Assembly (NCBI GenBank): GCA_016220005.1
Contig: JACRIV010000025.1
Location: forward strand, 1,359-65,358
Source of the DNA: Deltaproteobacteria bacterium
Lineage (GTDB): Bacteria > Desulfobacterota > Deferrimicrobia > Deferrimicrobiales > Deferrimicrobiaceae
Length of the DNA stretch: 64,000 nt
Direction: 5' to 3'
Numbering within the stretch: the first letter of the stretch is position 1; every line of letters starts with the position of its first letter. The position numbers and the translations under genes were made by a program. The notes below the pieces were generated by a model. The model searched no databases and had not been told where the DNA came from. It saw nothing but the letters and a program-made list of their open reading frames with translations. This document shows, piece by piece, positions 38,416 to 47,728 of the stretch.

Positions 38416-39219
38416 CTACTTGCCGGCCCCGGCGGCGCTTCCCTCCTCGAGGAGCTTCTGCAGGGCGTCCGCGCCCCGGTAGCCCCCTGATATCCTGCCG
38501 TCCGGGAGGACCATGGCCGGGGTCCCCCGGATGTTCAGCTTCTCCGCGAGCCGCATGGTTTCCTCGACCGCCGCGGACCGGCACGGCGCCGGCGGGAGGT
38601 CTCTCCTGGCGTAGGCGTCTTCCAGGAGCTTCAGGGACTTGGTGCAGATGACCGCCATCGCCCGCTCTACCGTGGCGGGATCGTTGTTCCTCGAGTACAG
38701 CTTGATGTAAAAAGCCACATCCGGCGTCCTCTCCACGACGGTCTTGATCGATTCGTGGAGCTTCGCGCAATAATGGCAGTCCGGATCGCTGAAGACGACC
38801 ACCTTTCGCCTCGCGGAGGGCGACCCGACCACGAGCGCGTCATCCAGCGGGATCTGCGAGACGTCGGTCTTGCTCGCGTTCAGGTTCATGTAGCGGGTGC
38901 CTGTGATGTCCTCTTTCGTGCTGAACCGGATGATCTGTCCGTTGACCAGGAACGCCTTGGAGAAGTCGATATAGACCGGGAATTTCTTTCCATCCTTCAG
39001 GACGTCCACGACCCACAGGCCCTTGACGGGGCTCATCTCGGCGGCCAGGACGTTGTCGACCCATCCCCGCAGGATCTTCGACGCCTCCTCGTGGGCGAGG
39101 CTGTGGCAGTCCCGGCAGTCGCCGCCCCCGCAGCCCCCTTTCTCGAAGGCGTGCGCGTCGGCCAGCCCGAGGAACAGGAGGGAAGCCCCGAACGCAAGCG
39201 AAACGAACGATGATTTCAT
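38416..39219 (-). CDS. DsbC/DsbG-like periplasmic disulfide isomerase with an extra N-terminal Cys cluster containing CXXCH
   Basis: Internal ATG (MKSSFVSLAF..., signal peptide) of ORF 38416-39261. Thioredoxin CHYC active site. The mature N-terminus carries GGCGGGDCRDCH. Confidence 0.7.
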   Translation of the reverse strand: MKSSFVSLAFGASLLFLGLADAHAFEKGGCGGGDCRDCHSLAHEEASKILRGWVDNVLAAEMSPVKGLWVVDVLKDGKKFPVYIDFSKAFLVNGQIIRFSTKEDITGTRYMNLNASKTDVSQIPLDDALVVGSPSARRKVVVFSDPDCHYCAKLHESIKTVVERTPDVAFYIKLYSRNNDPATVERAMAVICTKSLKLLEDAYARRDLPPAPCRSAAVEETMRLAEKLNIRGTPAMVLPDGRISGGYRGADALQKLLEEGSAAGAGK

Positions 39220-39414
39220 GATTCCCTCGTCAATAAAGTGGTAAATGTTTAATTCTGACATATTTCGGGGGCCCCCTTCCGGATTTATTGACCCGCTCTC
39301 CCGGCGTAAAAGCTGAGGATAGAACGTTATTCTACTGGTAAATCTTTCTGGTTGACCCCTGGGCGGAGAACCGGAGAGAATAAGTCATTCCAAGATGTGT
39401 ATTGGGGGAAAGCG

Positions 39415-40737
39415 ATGGGACCTTCGAAGGCGGGGGGATTCCCCTCGAAGCGGACGACTCTTTCATGCGCCACCGCATTGCTTCTTCTGACCTCACTCCT
39501 TCCTACCTCCTCCCGCGCCGCCGATATCAACATCTCTTCCCGGACGTACCTGCTCATCTTCGAGAGGGAAGTAACCCGAGCCGGGAGCCAGAACTTCGCC
39601 CCCCTCTACGAGTATCTCTCCGCCGATGCACGAGGCCTGGGCGGGACCCCCATCTCCTTCCATTTCTACGGATGGGGGAGGCTGGACCTCCAGGACGATA
39701 GCGGCACCGGGAACCGGTCGGGAGACCTTGCCAGCGCGTATCTCCAATACGTCCACCCGACGGGAAACGCGGAGGCGCGCCTGGGACGGTTCTTCTTCGC
39801 GGAGGGGACCGCCGCGGAGATGACGGACGGGATCTTCCTCAAGGCCAGGACCCCGCTGGGACTGGGCATGGCGGTCTACGGGGGGGTCCCGGTCGAGCAT
39901 TCCATTGCGGGGACGAAGACCGGCGACTCCCTTTACGGGGGTCGTCTCTTCTTCGCCAGGCCGGGGTTCGCCGAGATCGGGGCGAGCTATCTGAAGGAGA
40001 AAGGGGACTTCCAGGGAGATGACCGGGAAACGGTCGGCGGCGACCTGTGGGTGCGGCCGGGCGGATTCGTCGAACTGGTCGGGCGCGCCTCCTACAATAT
40101 CTCCACCTCGGCGCTCGCTTCGCAGCGCTACGTCCTCCGCCTGACGCCCGTTGCCGCTGTGGATCTCGCGCTCGGGTACGAAAGCTACAAGTACAAGGAT
40201 CTGTTCCAGAACGCCTTGAATCCCGTCTTCCTCTCCCCGACCGTCGACAACAACGACAAGGTGCGGGTCCTCTTCGTCATCCTCGACTGGGAAATGGTGA
40301 AGAACGTGACCCTTGAAGCGGTGCTCAAGAACATCAAGCACGACCTCACAGACCCCGGAAAGGCCAATCGCGGCGAGCTGGGGGTCCGGCACAGCTACAA
40401 CGACCGAAAGGACGTGGCCGGGCTCTCCGCGGCCCTCGTCTCCGCGGACAAGGACGAGAACGAGTACCAGGAATACCGGGCCTTCGCTTCCTATTCCCCC
40501 GCGAAGTGGCGCTTTGCGCTGGACGCCCTGACACAGCGCTTCAAGGCGGAGTTCAAGGACCAGCCGGGGGAGAAGAACGTTCACCACGTCGTGGCATCCG
40601 CGGGATACAAGGTACTCGACTTCCTCCAGCTCGCAGGAGACCTGACGTACACCCAGAGCCCCAGGTTCAAGGAAGACTATGCCGGACTCATCAGGGCATC
40701 GCTTTCATTCGGGTCCGCCACGGGAGGGAAGAAATGA
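39415..40737 (+). CDS. Predicted outer-membrane beta-barrel protein (porin-like)
   Basis: Signal peptide (LLLLTSLLPTSSRAA), ~440 aa of alternating amphipathic beta-strand pattern rich in Y/G/aromatics. The stop overlaps the start of the downstream cytochrome gene (ATGA). Confidence 0.6.
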   Translation: MGPSKAGGFPSKRTTLSCATALLLLTSLLPTSSRAADINISSRTYLLIFEREVTRAGSQNFAPLYEYLSADARGLGGTPISFHFYGWGRLDLQDDSGTGNRSGDLASAYLQYVHPTGNAEARLGRFFFAEGTAAEMTDGIFLKARTPLGLGMAVYGGVPVEHSIAGTKTGDSLYGGRLFFARPGFAEIGASYLKEKGDFQGDDRETVGGDLWVRPGGFVELVGRASYNISTSALASQRYVLRLTPVAAVDLALGYESYKYKDLFQNALNPVFLSPTVDNNDKVRVLFVILDWEMVKNVTLEAVLKNIKHDLTDPGKANRGELGVRHSYNDRKDVAGLSAALVSADKDENEYQEYRAFASYSPAKWRFALDALTQRFKAEFKDQPGEKNVHHVVASAGYKVLDFLQLAGDLTYTQSPRFKEDYAGLIRASLSFGSATGGKK

Positions 40738-41204
40738 TGCGACGCGTGCGCCAGGGGATCGTTTTCGGGGCGATCCTCGTTGCCCTGTTCTCGGGTTGTT
40801 CCGCCATTTCCCAAACGCCATCCGTCCCGGCGAAACACCCGGAGGAGCTTGCGGGATGGCGGGCAGACTGCCGTGAGTGCCACGAGGGCCTCTCGACGGG
40901 AGCGCTGAAGCCTTACGCCTCCTTCCGGCACTCAAATGTATTCATCCGCCAGCACGGTCTTTACGCCCGGCAGGGGCAGAACCTCTGCGCCTCGTGCCAC
41001 GGGCCCTCCTTCTGCCAAGGATGCCACGCCAGGAAGGAGGAGCTGAAGCCGAACACCCGGATGGGGGACCGCCCTGACATGATGCTCCCGCACCGGGGGG
41101 ATTACATCGTCCAGCACCGGATCGACGGGAAGCTGGACCCCGGGTCGTGCTTCCGCTGCCATGGAAACAAGAACAACGCCAAATGCCGGGCCTGCCACCG
41201 GTAA
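40734..41204 (+). CDS. Pentaheme c-type cytochrome, probable lipoprotein
   Basis: 156 aa. Signal with lipobox LFSGC. Five CXXCH motifs: CRECH, CASCH, CQGCH, CFRCH, CRACH. Confidence 0.75.
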   Translation: MMRRVRQGIVFGAILVALFSGCSAISQTPSVPAKHPEELAGWRADCRECHEGLSTGALKPYASFRHSNVFIRQHGLYARQGQNLCASCHGPSFCQGCHARKEELKPNTRMGDRPDMMLPHRGDYIVQHRIDGKLDPGSCFRCHGNKNNAKCRACHR

Positions 41205-41238
41205 ACCGGGCGGATCCTGCGGACCAGGAGGACCCACG

Positions 41239-43086
41239 ATGCCAAGACCCGCTGATGCCAGGCGCTTTGCGCCTTTTCCGATCCTGTTGCTCGTGGCGGC
41301 GGCCGTCGCCGGCTGCTCCACGGGGAACGAAAACGGGGCAGTGATCACCGATACGCAGGGAAACCACCCGGCGGGCTGGATTGCGGCCCATCCGGCCTTC
41401 GCCATCTCGGGAACCGACAAGTGTACCCCTTGCCACGGCGACACCTTGACGGGAGGGATCGCCAAGGTCTCCTGCTTCACCGCGGCATGCCATCACGGCA
41501 CCATCCCCACCTGGTCCCAGCCTGCGGTGCACGGGGCCGCGGCGAAGAAGGCCCCCGGCGGCTCGGGCTTTGTTTCGTGCCGGATCTGCCACGGGAGCAA
41601 TTTTTCCGGTGGGGGCGCGGGCGTCTCCTGTTTTACCTGCCACGGCGTGAACGCCCCGCACCCTCCCCGTCCATGGCGGGCCGCGGGGCCCGGAACGACC
41701 CACACGAACACCGATCCGGCGAACGCATCGGTCTGCGGACAATGCCATCAAAACGGCGCGAACTCCACCCGCCAGCCAGCCTCTCCGGCTCCCCCGGGGA
41801 CGCCGCCGGGATGCTTCAACAATACCCTGTGCCACGGGACGGAGGTCGCTCCCCACATCCTTGGCGCCGCCTGGCGCGATCCCGCCGTCGGCGGGTCGAG
41901 CTTCCACGGCCTGACCGCCAAGGCGAACCTCGCCTTCTGCCAGACCTGCCACGGGACCCCGGGGACGATCTCCTTCGACGGGGGCGTCGCCCCCACGAAG
42001 TGCTCTACCTGCCACACGGCGGCGAAGGCGCATCCGACCACCTGGTTCGCCGCTCCGAGCCCCTTCCCGAACTACGCGGCGTCCCACCGCGATTCGGGGA
42101 ACCGGAGCGTCGTCTGCGCCATCTGCCATAACGTCACGGGGCCTGGCGCCGGGCCCATGTCCGGGGCCCCGAGCTGTTTCTCCGCATCCTTCACCAACGC
42201 CGACGACGTCGTGGCCGCATGCCACGTCAACGGGCCGGGGGCGCCGAATCACGCCCTGCCGTTCTTCGACAACACCCACTTTCAGGCGACTCAGGCGGCC
42301 TTTACGAGCAACTGCTCGAACTGCCACGCGATCACGGGAACCTCGCCAGTCTCCGCGGCGCCCCTTTGCACCGTGTGCCACGCCGCGGGATCGCCCCTGA
42401 CCCTGACCAATTGTACCTCCTGTCACGGCAACCCGCCGAACGGCGGCGCGGGCGCGGCGTATGCGAACATCGCGGGGGGCCACGCGGGGCACATTGCCCT
42501 GAACACTGCCGGAACACCCATCTCCTGCAACACCTGTCACAACGGGCTGGGCTCGCAGACCCTCGCTCACTACAACCGGGCCAACGGGAGGCCCGGGGCG
42601 GGCGGACGGGTGCCCCCCGGAGACATGTCCTTCCAGTCTCCCTTCCCGTACAACGCGAAAGCGGGAGCTGCAGCCTTCGACAACACCCTCACCGTTCTCG
42701 CCTGCTCGAACGTAAGCTGCCACGGTGCGATCACGACCCCGAACTGGCAGACGGGGGCCATCAACGTGAACGCGGACGCGGGATGCAGGCAGTGCCACAA
42801 GGCCGGCACGGCGCTCGGCGTTCCGGAGAACAACAGCTACTTCTCCGGCCGCCACGCGCTGCACCTGGGTGGAGAGGTCGGCGCCCTGTGCACGGAGTGC
42901 CACAACATGACCCTCGCGACGACGGGGGCCCAGAACCACTTCAAGTCCCTCGGCACGCCGCAGATGGAAGGGCCGGCGAGCGACACCTTCCAGAACTCGA
43001 CGGGAACCGTCGTTTATACCCCCGCGACCAGGAGGTGCAATGGCACCTGCCACGGGGAAGGCCATGAAAACGAAGTTTGGCAATAG
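41239..43086 (+). CDS. Large multiheme c-type cytochrome lipoprotein
   Basis: 615 aa. Signal with lipobox VAGCS. 13 canonical CXXCH motifs, plus non-canonical CX3-5CH and CX15CH sites. Low-complexity Gly/Ala/Thr-rich linkers typical of extracellular or outer-membrane cytochromes. Confidence 0.8.
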   Translation: MPRPADARRFAPFPILLLVAAAVAGCSTGNENGAVITDTQGNHPAGWIAAHPAFAISGTDKCTPCHGDTLTGGIAKVSCFTAACHHGTIPTWSQPAVHGAAAKKAPGGSGFVSCRICHGSNFSGGGAGVSCFTCHGVNAPHPPRPWRAAGPGTTHTNTDPANASVCGQCHQNGANSTRQPASPAPPGTPPGCFNNTLCHGTEVAPHILGAAWRDPAVGGSSFHGLTAKANLAFCQTCHGTPGTISFDGGVAPTKCSTCHTAAKAHPTTWFAAPSPFPNYAASHRDSGNRSVVCAICHNVTGPGAGPMSGAPSCFSASFTNADDVVAACHVNGPGAPNHALPFFDNTHFQATQAAFTSNCSNCHAITGTSPVSAAPLCTVCHAAGSPLTLTNCTSCHGNPPNGGAGAAYANIAGGHAGHIALNTAGTPISCNTCHNGLGSQTLAHYNRANGRPGAGGRVPPGDMSFQSPFPYNAKAGAAAFDNTLTVLACSNVSCHGAITTPNWQTGAINVNADAGCRQCHKAGTALGVPENNSYFSGRHALHLGGEVGALCTECHNMTLATTGAQNHFKSLGTPQMEGPASDTFQNSTGTVVYTPATRRCNGTCHGEGHENEVWQ

Positions 43087-43300
43087 CCTTTACGGCGTTA
43101 TCACGGAGGATACGGGCTCCCCGGATACCCTCCCGCGGTAGCGGCTCTTCTCCTGACCGGGGAGAGCCCGGAGACCGTGCATCAGTCGTTCGATCCATTC
43201 CAGCGCGCGATCCCGAACGTCGCGCCCAGGAAGACGGGAAGCTGCACCTGTCTTGCCCGCGCGGAAGGGGCCAGCAGGTTTCGCATGCTGCGCCCCGCCG

Positions 43301-43729
43301 TCATTGTTTCATGTAAGTCCTGGCGTCGATGAAGGGGATGGCGGCCCCCGTGATGGAGGGGAGCTGGCCGTTCCATTTTTCGATGGCCTTGAGCGACGCC
43401 TCGATCTGCCGCAGCTGGATCAGCTCGTGGGTCACGTTTTGCTTCTGGAGCCGGAGCGCCTCGGCTTCGGCCTGCGCCTGCGCGATCTTCTGCGTCGCCT
43501 CCACCTTGATGCGGTCCAGGTCGCGCTGGGCCTTGAGCGCAAGCTGCTCCGCCGTCTGCTTTGCCTCGATGGCCATGGAGAACTGCTGGCTGAACTTGAA
43601 GTTCACGATGGAGAAGTCGTCCACGACGATTGTGATCAACAGGTATGCGTACTTCCCCGCTTTCGATACGGCCGTCGCCCCTTCCGACATGCCACGCCCG
43701 AGAATCTCCGGAACTTTCATCGCCTGCAA
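43301..43729 (-). pseudogene. C-terminal fragment of an SPFH/band-7 (HflC/prohibitin-like) protein
   Basis: 142 aa covering only the end of the SPFH domain and the coiled-coil tail (AIEAKQTAEQLALKAQRDLDRIKVEATQ...). No N-terminal TM or SPFH core is encoded upstream; the next gene ends at 43801. Confidence 0.45.
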
Positions 43730-43800
43730 CCCTCCTCGCCTGTCGTTGTTCGGGTGCGCACGCGAAGCCGTGGGACGGGAGTTGCATTCGTTCCTTGATG

Positions 43801-45354
43801 TTACCCGTTCGGCTTCCCGGCGGAATTATCTCCGTCACCGCCTGGATCGGGCGTATCGATCTGAGCCTTCTGGAGCTTGCCCGAATAGTCGATGTATACG
43901 GTCTTCCACTCGGTGAAGATGTCGATGACGGCCGTGCCTCCCTCGCGGTGGCCGTTGCCGGTCTCCTTGATCCCGCCGAAGGGCAGGTGGGCCTCGGCGC
44001 CGATCGTGGGGCCGTTGATGTAGGTGATGCCGGCCTCGATGTCGCAGATGGCCCGGAACGCCTGGTTGACGTCCCGCGTGTAGATCGAGGAGGAGAGGCC
44101 GTAGCGGGTCGCGTTGTGGACCGCGATCGCCTGGTCGAGATCGTCCACGGGAAGGATGAGCGTCACGGGGCCGAAGATCTCTTCCTGCGCGATCCGCATC
44201 TTCGGGTCCCCGTCGGTGAAGATCGTGGGCTTGTAAAAGAACCCCCGCGTGCACTCTCCCTCCTCATGGGATGCGCCTCCGCACAGAAGCTTCGCCCCCT
44301 CGTCGATCCCGATCCGCACGTACCGGTGGACCTTCTCTCTCGCCGCCTCGTTGATGAGCGGCCCCATCTGGGTCCTGGGGTCGAGCCCGTTGCCGATTCG
44401 CAAAGCCTGCGCGCGGGCGACGAGCGTCTCGGTGAACTCCTTCACGACCTTCTTGTGGACGATGATCCGGCTGGTGGCGGTGCACCGCTGGCCGGTCGTG
44501 CCGAAGGCGCCCCAAAGCGCCCCCTCCACGGCGAGCGAAAGGTCGGCGTCGTCCATCACGATCTGGCCGTTCTTGCCCCCCATCTCCAGCGAGACCTTCT
44601 TGTGGAGCCTGGCGCCGGTCTCGGCGATCGCGGAGCCCACCGCGCTGGACCCGGTGAAGGAGATGAGGTCAACGCCGGGTTCCGAGACCAGGGCCGCCCC
44701 CGCCTCCCCGCCCGTTCCGTACACGAGGTTGACCACGCCGGGAGGGACGCCCGCCTTCGCGAGGAGGGCGACCAGCCGGGCGGCGCAGGCCGGAGTATCG
44801 GATGCGGGCTTGAAGACCACGGTGTTCCCGCACAGAAGCGCGGGAAATATCTTCCACGACGGAATGGCGATGGGGAAGTTCCACGGCGTGATGAGCGCCG
44901 CCACGCCCACCGGCATCCGCACCGTCATGGCGAACTTGTCCCGAAGCTCGGAGGGGGTCGTGATGCCGAAGAGCCGCCTCCCCTCGGAGGCCTGGTAGAG
45001 CGCGGTGTCGATCCCCTCCTGCACGTCCCCGCGGGTCTCGACGAGCACCTTCCCCATCTCGCGGGTCATGAGCCGGGCGATCTCCTCCTTTTCCGCGCGC
45101 AGGAGCAGCGAAGCCCGGTGGAGGATCTCTCCGCGCACGGGGGCAGGGGTCCGGCTCCAGGAAGGAAACGCCTCCCGCGCGGCGGCAACCGCCCGGCGGA
45201 CCTCCTCGGGCCCCGACCGGGGAAAGACGCCGACGACCTCGCCGGTGGCGGGATCGATGTCCTCGAAGGCAGCGCCGGAGCGGGCGTCGACCCACTCTCC
45301 GCCGATGAAGTTGCGGTGGATTTCGGGGGCGCCGGCGACCGGCTGCGGCTGCAT
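43801..45354 (-). CDS. gabD: NAD(P)-dependent aldehyde dehydrogenase (succinate-semialdehyde dehydrogenase-like)
   Basis: Catalytic motifs LEMGGK and GQRCTA. Start is taken at MQPQPVAG (45354); the track ORF extends to 45387. Unusual Gly/Asp-rich C-terminal tail. Confidence 0.85.
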   Translation of the reverse strand: MQPQPVAGAPEIHRNFIGGEWVDARSGAAFEDIDPATGEVVGVFPRSGPEEVRRAVAAAREAFPSWSRTPAPVRGEILHRASLLLRAEKEEIARLMTREMGKVLVETRGDVQEGIDTALYQASEGRRLFGITTPSELRDKFAMTVRMPVGVAALITPWNFPIAIPSWKIFPALLCGNTVVFKPASDTPACAARLVALLAKAGVPPGVVNLVYGTGGEAGAALVSEPGVDLISFTGSSAVGSAIAETGARLHKKVSLEMGGKNGQIVMDDADLSLAVEGALWGAFGTTGQRCTATSRIIVHKKVVKEFTETLVARAQALRIGNGLDPRTQMGPLINEAAREKVHRYVRIGIDEGAKLLCGGASHEEGECTRGFFYKPTIFTDGDPKMRIAQEEIFGPVTLILPVDDLDQAIAVHNATRYGLSSSIYTRDVNQAFRAICDIEAGITYINGPTIGAEAHLPFGGIKETGNGHREGGTAVIDIFTEWKTVYIDYSGKLQKAQIDTPDPGGDGDNSAGKPNG

Positions 45355-45388
45355 GGTGTGTCTCCCCGTCGGCGTTCTTTCTTTCATT

Positions 45389-46729
45389 TTACCGCTTCCG
45401 GGCGGTGGAGATTTCCCGCAGGCCCTCGTCGAGGAGGGAAAGGGCGGTATCGATGTCGTCTCCGGTAACGACGAGCGGGGGGGACAAACGGATCGAGCAG
45501 GCCCCGGCCGGCAGGATGAGAAGCCCCTTCTCGAAGCACCGCCGCACCAGCCGGTTCCGCTCTTCGGCGGCCCGCTCCTTCGTCTGCCGGTCTTGCACCA
45601 GTTCCGCCCCGGCCATCAGCCCCAAGCCCCGGACGTCGCCGATCAGCTCGTGGGAGTCCATGAGCCGGCGCAGACCCGCGAGCAGGCGCGTTCCCATCTT
45701 TCTGGAGTTTTCAATCAGCCCGCTCGTAAGGAGTTCGAGCGTCGCCATCGCAGCGGCGCATGCGACCGGGTTCCCTCCGAAGGTGGATGCGTGGCTGCCC
45801 GGCGGCCAGGACATGATGCGGGCGGGCGCGATCGTGGCTGACAGCGGCAGGCCGGAAGCGATCGCCTTGGCAAGCGCGACGATGTCCGGGACGGTGCCGC
45901 CGTGCTCCACGGCAAGCATCCTCCCCGTGCGCCCCATCCCGGTCTGCACCTCGTCCGCGAACAGGAGGATCCCGTGCTTCCGGCAGATCCCCTCGAGGCG
46001 GGAGAGGAACTTCTCCGGCGGGACGATGTAGCCCCCTTCCCCAAGGACCGGCTCCACGGCAATGGCGGCGACTTCTTCGGGCGCGACCTCGTGGCGGAAG
46101 ATGATCTCTTCGATCCATCCGGCGCAGTCGGCGTCGCAGGTCTCGGGACTGCATTGCACCGGGCAGCGATAGCAGTAGGCGTAGGGGGCGTGGACCACTC
46201 CCGGCACGAGCGGGGAGAAGCGCCGCCGGTGGACCGTCTTCGAAGCGGTGAGCGACAGCGCCCCGTAGGTGCGGCCGTGGAACGCTCCGTGGAAGGCAAT
46301 CACGTACTGGCGGCCCGTGGCGTGGCGGGCAAGCTTGAGGGCGGCCTCGACGGCCTCCGCCCCGGAGTTGCCGAAGTACACCTTCTTCTCTTCGCCGCCG
46401 GGACACAGGGAGGCCAGCCGCTCGGCGAGCGCGGGCTGGGGGATGTTGTAGAAGTCGGTCCCCGACATGTGGATGAGACTCTTCGCCTGGGCTGCGATCG
46501 CATCGACAACCTTCGGGTGGCAGTGCCCCGTGGAGCAGACGGCCAGCCCGGCGGTGAAGTCCAGGAACAGGTTCCCGTCGACGTCCTCGATCGTCGTTCC
46601 GTATCCTCGCGCGGCGACCAGCGGGTAGGCCCGCGTATAGGAAGGGGAGACGAAGCGGGAATCCCGCGAAAGGATCTCCGCGGCCTTCGGGCCCGGCGGA
46701 GGGACGACGATTCTCGGGACGTCAAGCAT
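45389..46729 (-). CDS. gabT: Class III (PLP) aminotransferase, 4-aminobutyrate aminotransferase-like
   Basis: Internal ATG (MLDVPRIVVPP...) of ORF 45389-46987. Resembles GabT-family aminotransferases (AFHGRTYGALSLTASK, ADEVQTGMGRTG, STFGGNPVACAAA). Confidence 0.85.
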   Translation of the reverse strand: MLDVPRIVVPPPGPKAAEILSRDSRFVSPSYTRAYPLVAARGYGTTIEDVDGNLFLDFTAGLAVCSTGHCHPKVVDAIAAQAKSLIHMSGTDFYNIPQPALAERLASLCPGGEEKKVYFGNSGAEAVEAALKLARHATGRQYVIAFHGAFHGRTYGALSLTASKTVHRRRFSPLVPGVVHAPYAYCYRCPVQCSPETCDADCAGWIEEIIFRHEVAPEEVAAIAVEPVLGEGGYIVPPEKFLSRLEGICRKHGILLFADEVQTGMGRTGRMLAVEHGGTVPDIVALAKAIASGLPLSATIAPARIMSWPPGSHASTFGGNPVACAAAMATLELLTSGLIENSRKMGTRLLAGLRRLMDSHELIGDVRGLGLMAGAELVQDRQTKERAAEERNRLVRRCFEKGLLILPAGACSIRLSPPLVVTGDDIDTALSLLDEGLREISTARKR

Positions 46730-46932
46730 GGGGACTCCGGTCGTCGTGGTCTGAAAGGAATATACCACCATTTTCCGGGGCCGCGCCGGGAACGTAAATT
46801 GCCGGACATCGAGTCGAACCGTGCCGAAGCTGACGGCTCGCCTGCAGTAAAGGCGTGAGCGCCCGCAGCGGCGCTCGAATGCCAAGATATTTGCGAGACG
46901 GTGCACCAGGCTTGCACTTTTTTTCGAATCAC

Positions 46933-46961
46933 TTGACGGGATAAATGGTATCGTATATGAT
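46933..46961 (+). promoter_or_regulatory. Sigma70-type promoter TTGACG-17 bp-TATGAT, with an overlapping inverted repeat GGTATC-N6-GATACC (46947-46964)
   Basis: Near-consensus -35/-10 with an ideal spacer, 7 nt upstream of the PIN gene ATG (short or leaderless 5-prime UTR). Low-GC islet. Confidence 0.5.
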
Positions 46962-46967
46962 ACCGAA

Positions 46968-47393
46968 ATGAAGCGGCATATTGTCATCGATACGAACGTA
47001 TTTATTTCTGCTCTGCGCTCACGCCGGGGCGCGTCCTACAGACTGTTCATGCTACTCGATCACGGCGATTTTGAAATCAATATGTCTGTTCCGCTCATCG
47101 TCGAATACGAGGACGCCGCAAAGCGGATCGCGCGGGAAGTTGGACTGACCCACGCGGATGTTGACGACATTCTCGGCTATATTTGCAGCGTGGCTCGCAG
47201 GCGGAAAATCCATTTTCTATGGCGGCCGTTCCTGAAGGATCCACAAGACGATCATGTTCTGGAGCTGGCCGTAGAGTCCATGTGTGATTTCATCGTGACC
47301 CATAACGTTCGAGATTTTTCGGGGTCAGAGCAGTTTGGTGTTCGTGTCGTAACGCCCAAAGGGTTCCTGCGAGTGATAGGGGGTTTGCCATGA
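46968..47393 (+). CDS. PIN-domain toxin (type II TA, toxin-first arrangement)
   Basis: 141 aa (MKRHIVIDTNVFISAL ... DDHVLELAV ... FIVTHNVRDF). The stop overlaps the start of the downstream RHH gene. Confidence 0.75.
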   Translation: MKRHIVIDTNVFISALRSRRGASYRLFMLLDHGDFEINMSVPLIVEYEDAAKRIAREVGLTHADVDDILGYICSVARRRKIHFLWRPFLKDPQDDHVLELAVESMCDFIVTHNVRDFSGSEQFGVRVVTPKGFLRVIGGLP

Positions 47394-47626
47394 GCACGAT
47401 TAGCCTGCGCCTCCCTGCATCGCTTCACAAAAGCATCCGGGAGTTGGCCAAGAAGGAAGACGTTTCGATCAATCAACTTATCACCACTGCGCTGGCGGAG
47501 AAGTTGTCGGCGCTGATGACGGTGGAGTATCTGGAAGAGCGCGCCAAGCGTGGAAGTCGCAGGAAATTTGAGCGTGCCATGGCCAAGGTGAAAGATGTGA
47601 AGCCTGAAGAAAAAGACGACTTTTGA
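47390..47626 (+). CDS. Ribbon-helix-helix antitoxin (HicB/Arc/CopG-like)
   Basis: 78 aa (MSTISLRLPASLHKSIRELAKKEDVSINQLITTALAEKL). Confidence 0.65.
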   Translation: MSTISLRLPASLHKSIRELAKKEDVSINQLITTALAEKLSALMTVEYLEERAKRGSRRKFERAMAKVKDVKPEEKDDF

Positions 47627-47728
47627 AGCCTAACTACAGGTTGAAGCTGGCTTGGCGCACTCCTGTTCGTTTATGAGGTCGTAATCTCGCGCCAAGGAGC
47701 TTAACCTCGGCGTTAGCCTCGCATCCCG

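Noticed and set aside
40942-43083. 713-aa minus-strand ORF antisense to the multiheme cytochrome genes.
   Set aside because: The plus strand encodes cytochromes with regularly spaced CXXCH motifs and lipoprotein signals. The antisense ORF is an Arg/Gly-rich artefact.
43087-43160. Possible terminator hairpin (GGGCTCCCCGG ... CCGGGGAGAGCC) after the large cytochrome gene.
   Set aside because: The stem is imperfect, the loop is about 40 nt, and there is no T-run. Not convincing as an intrinsic terminator.
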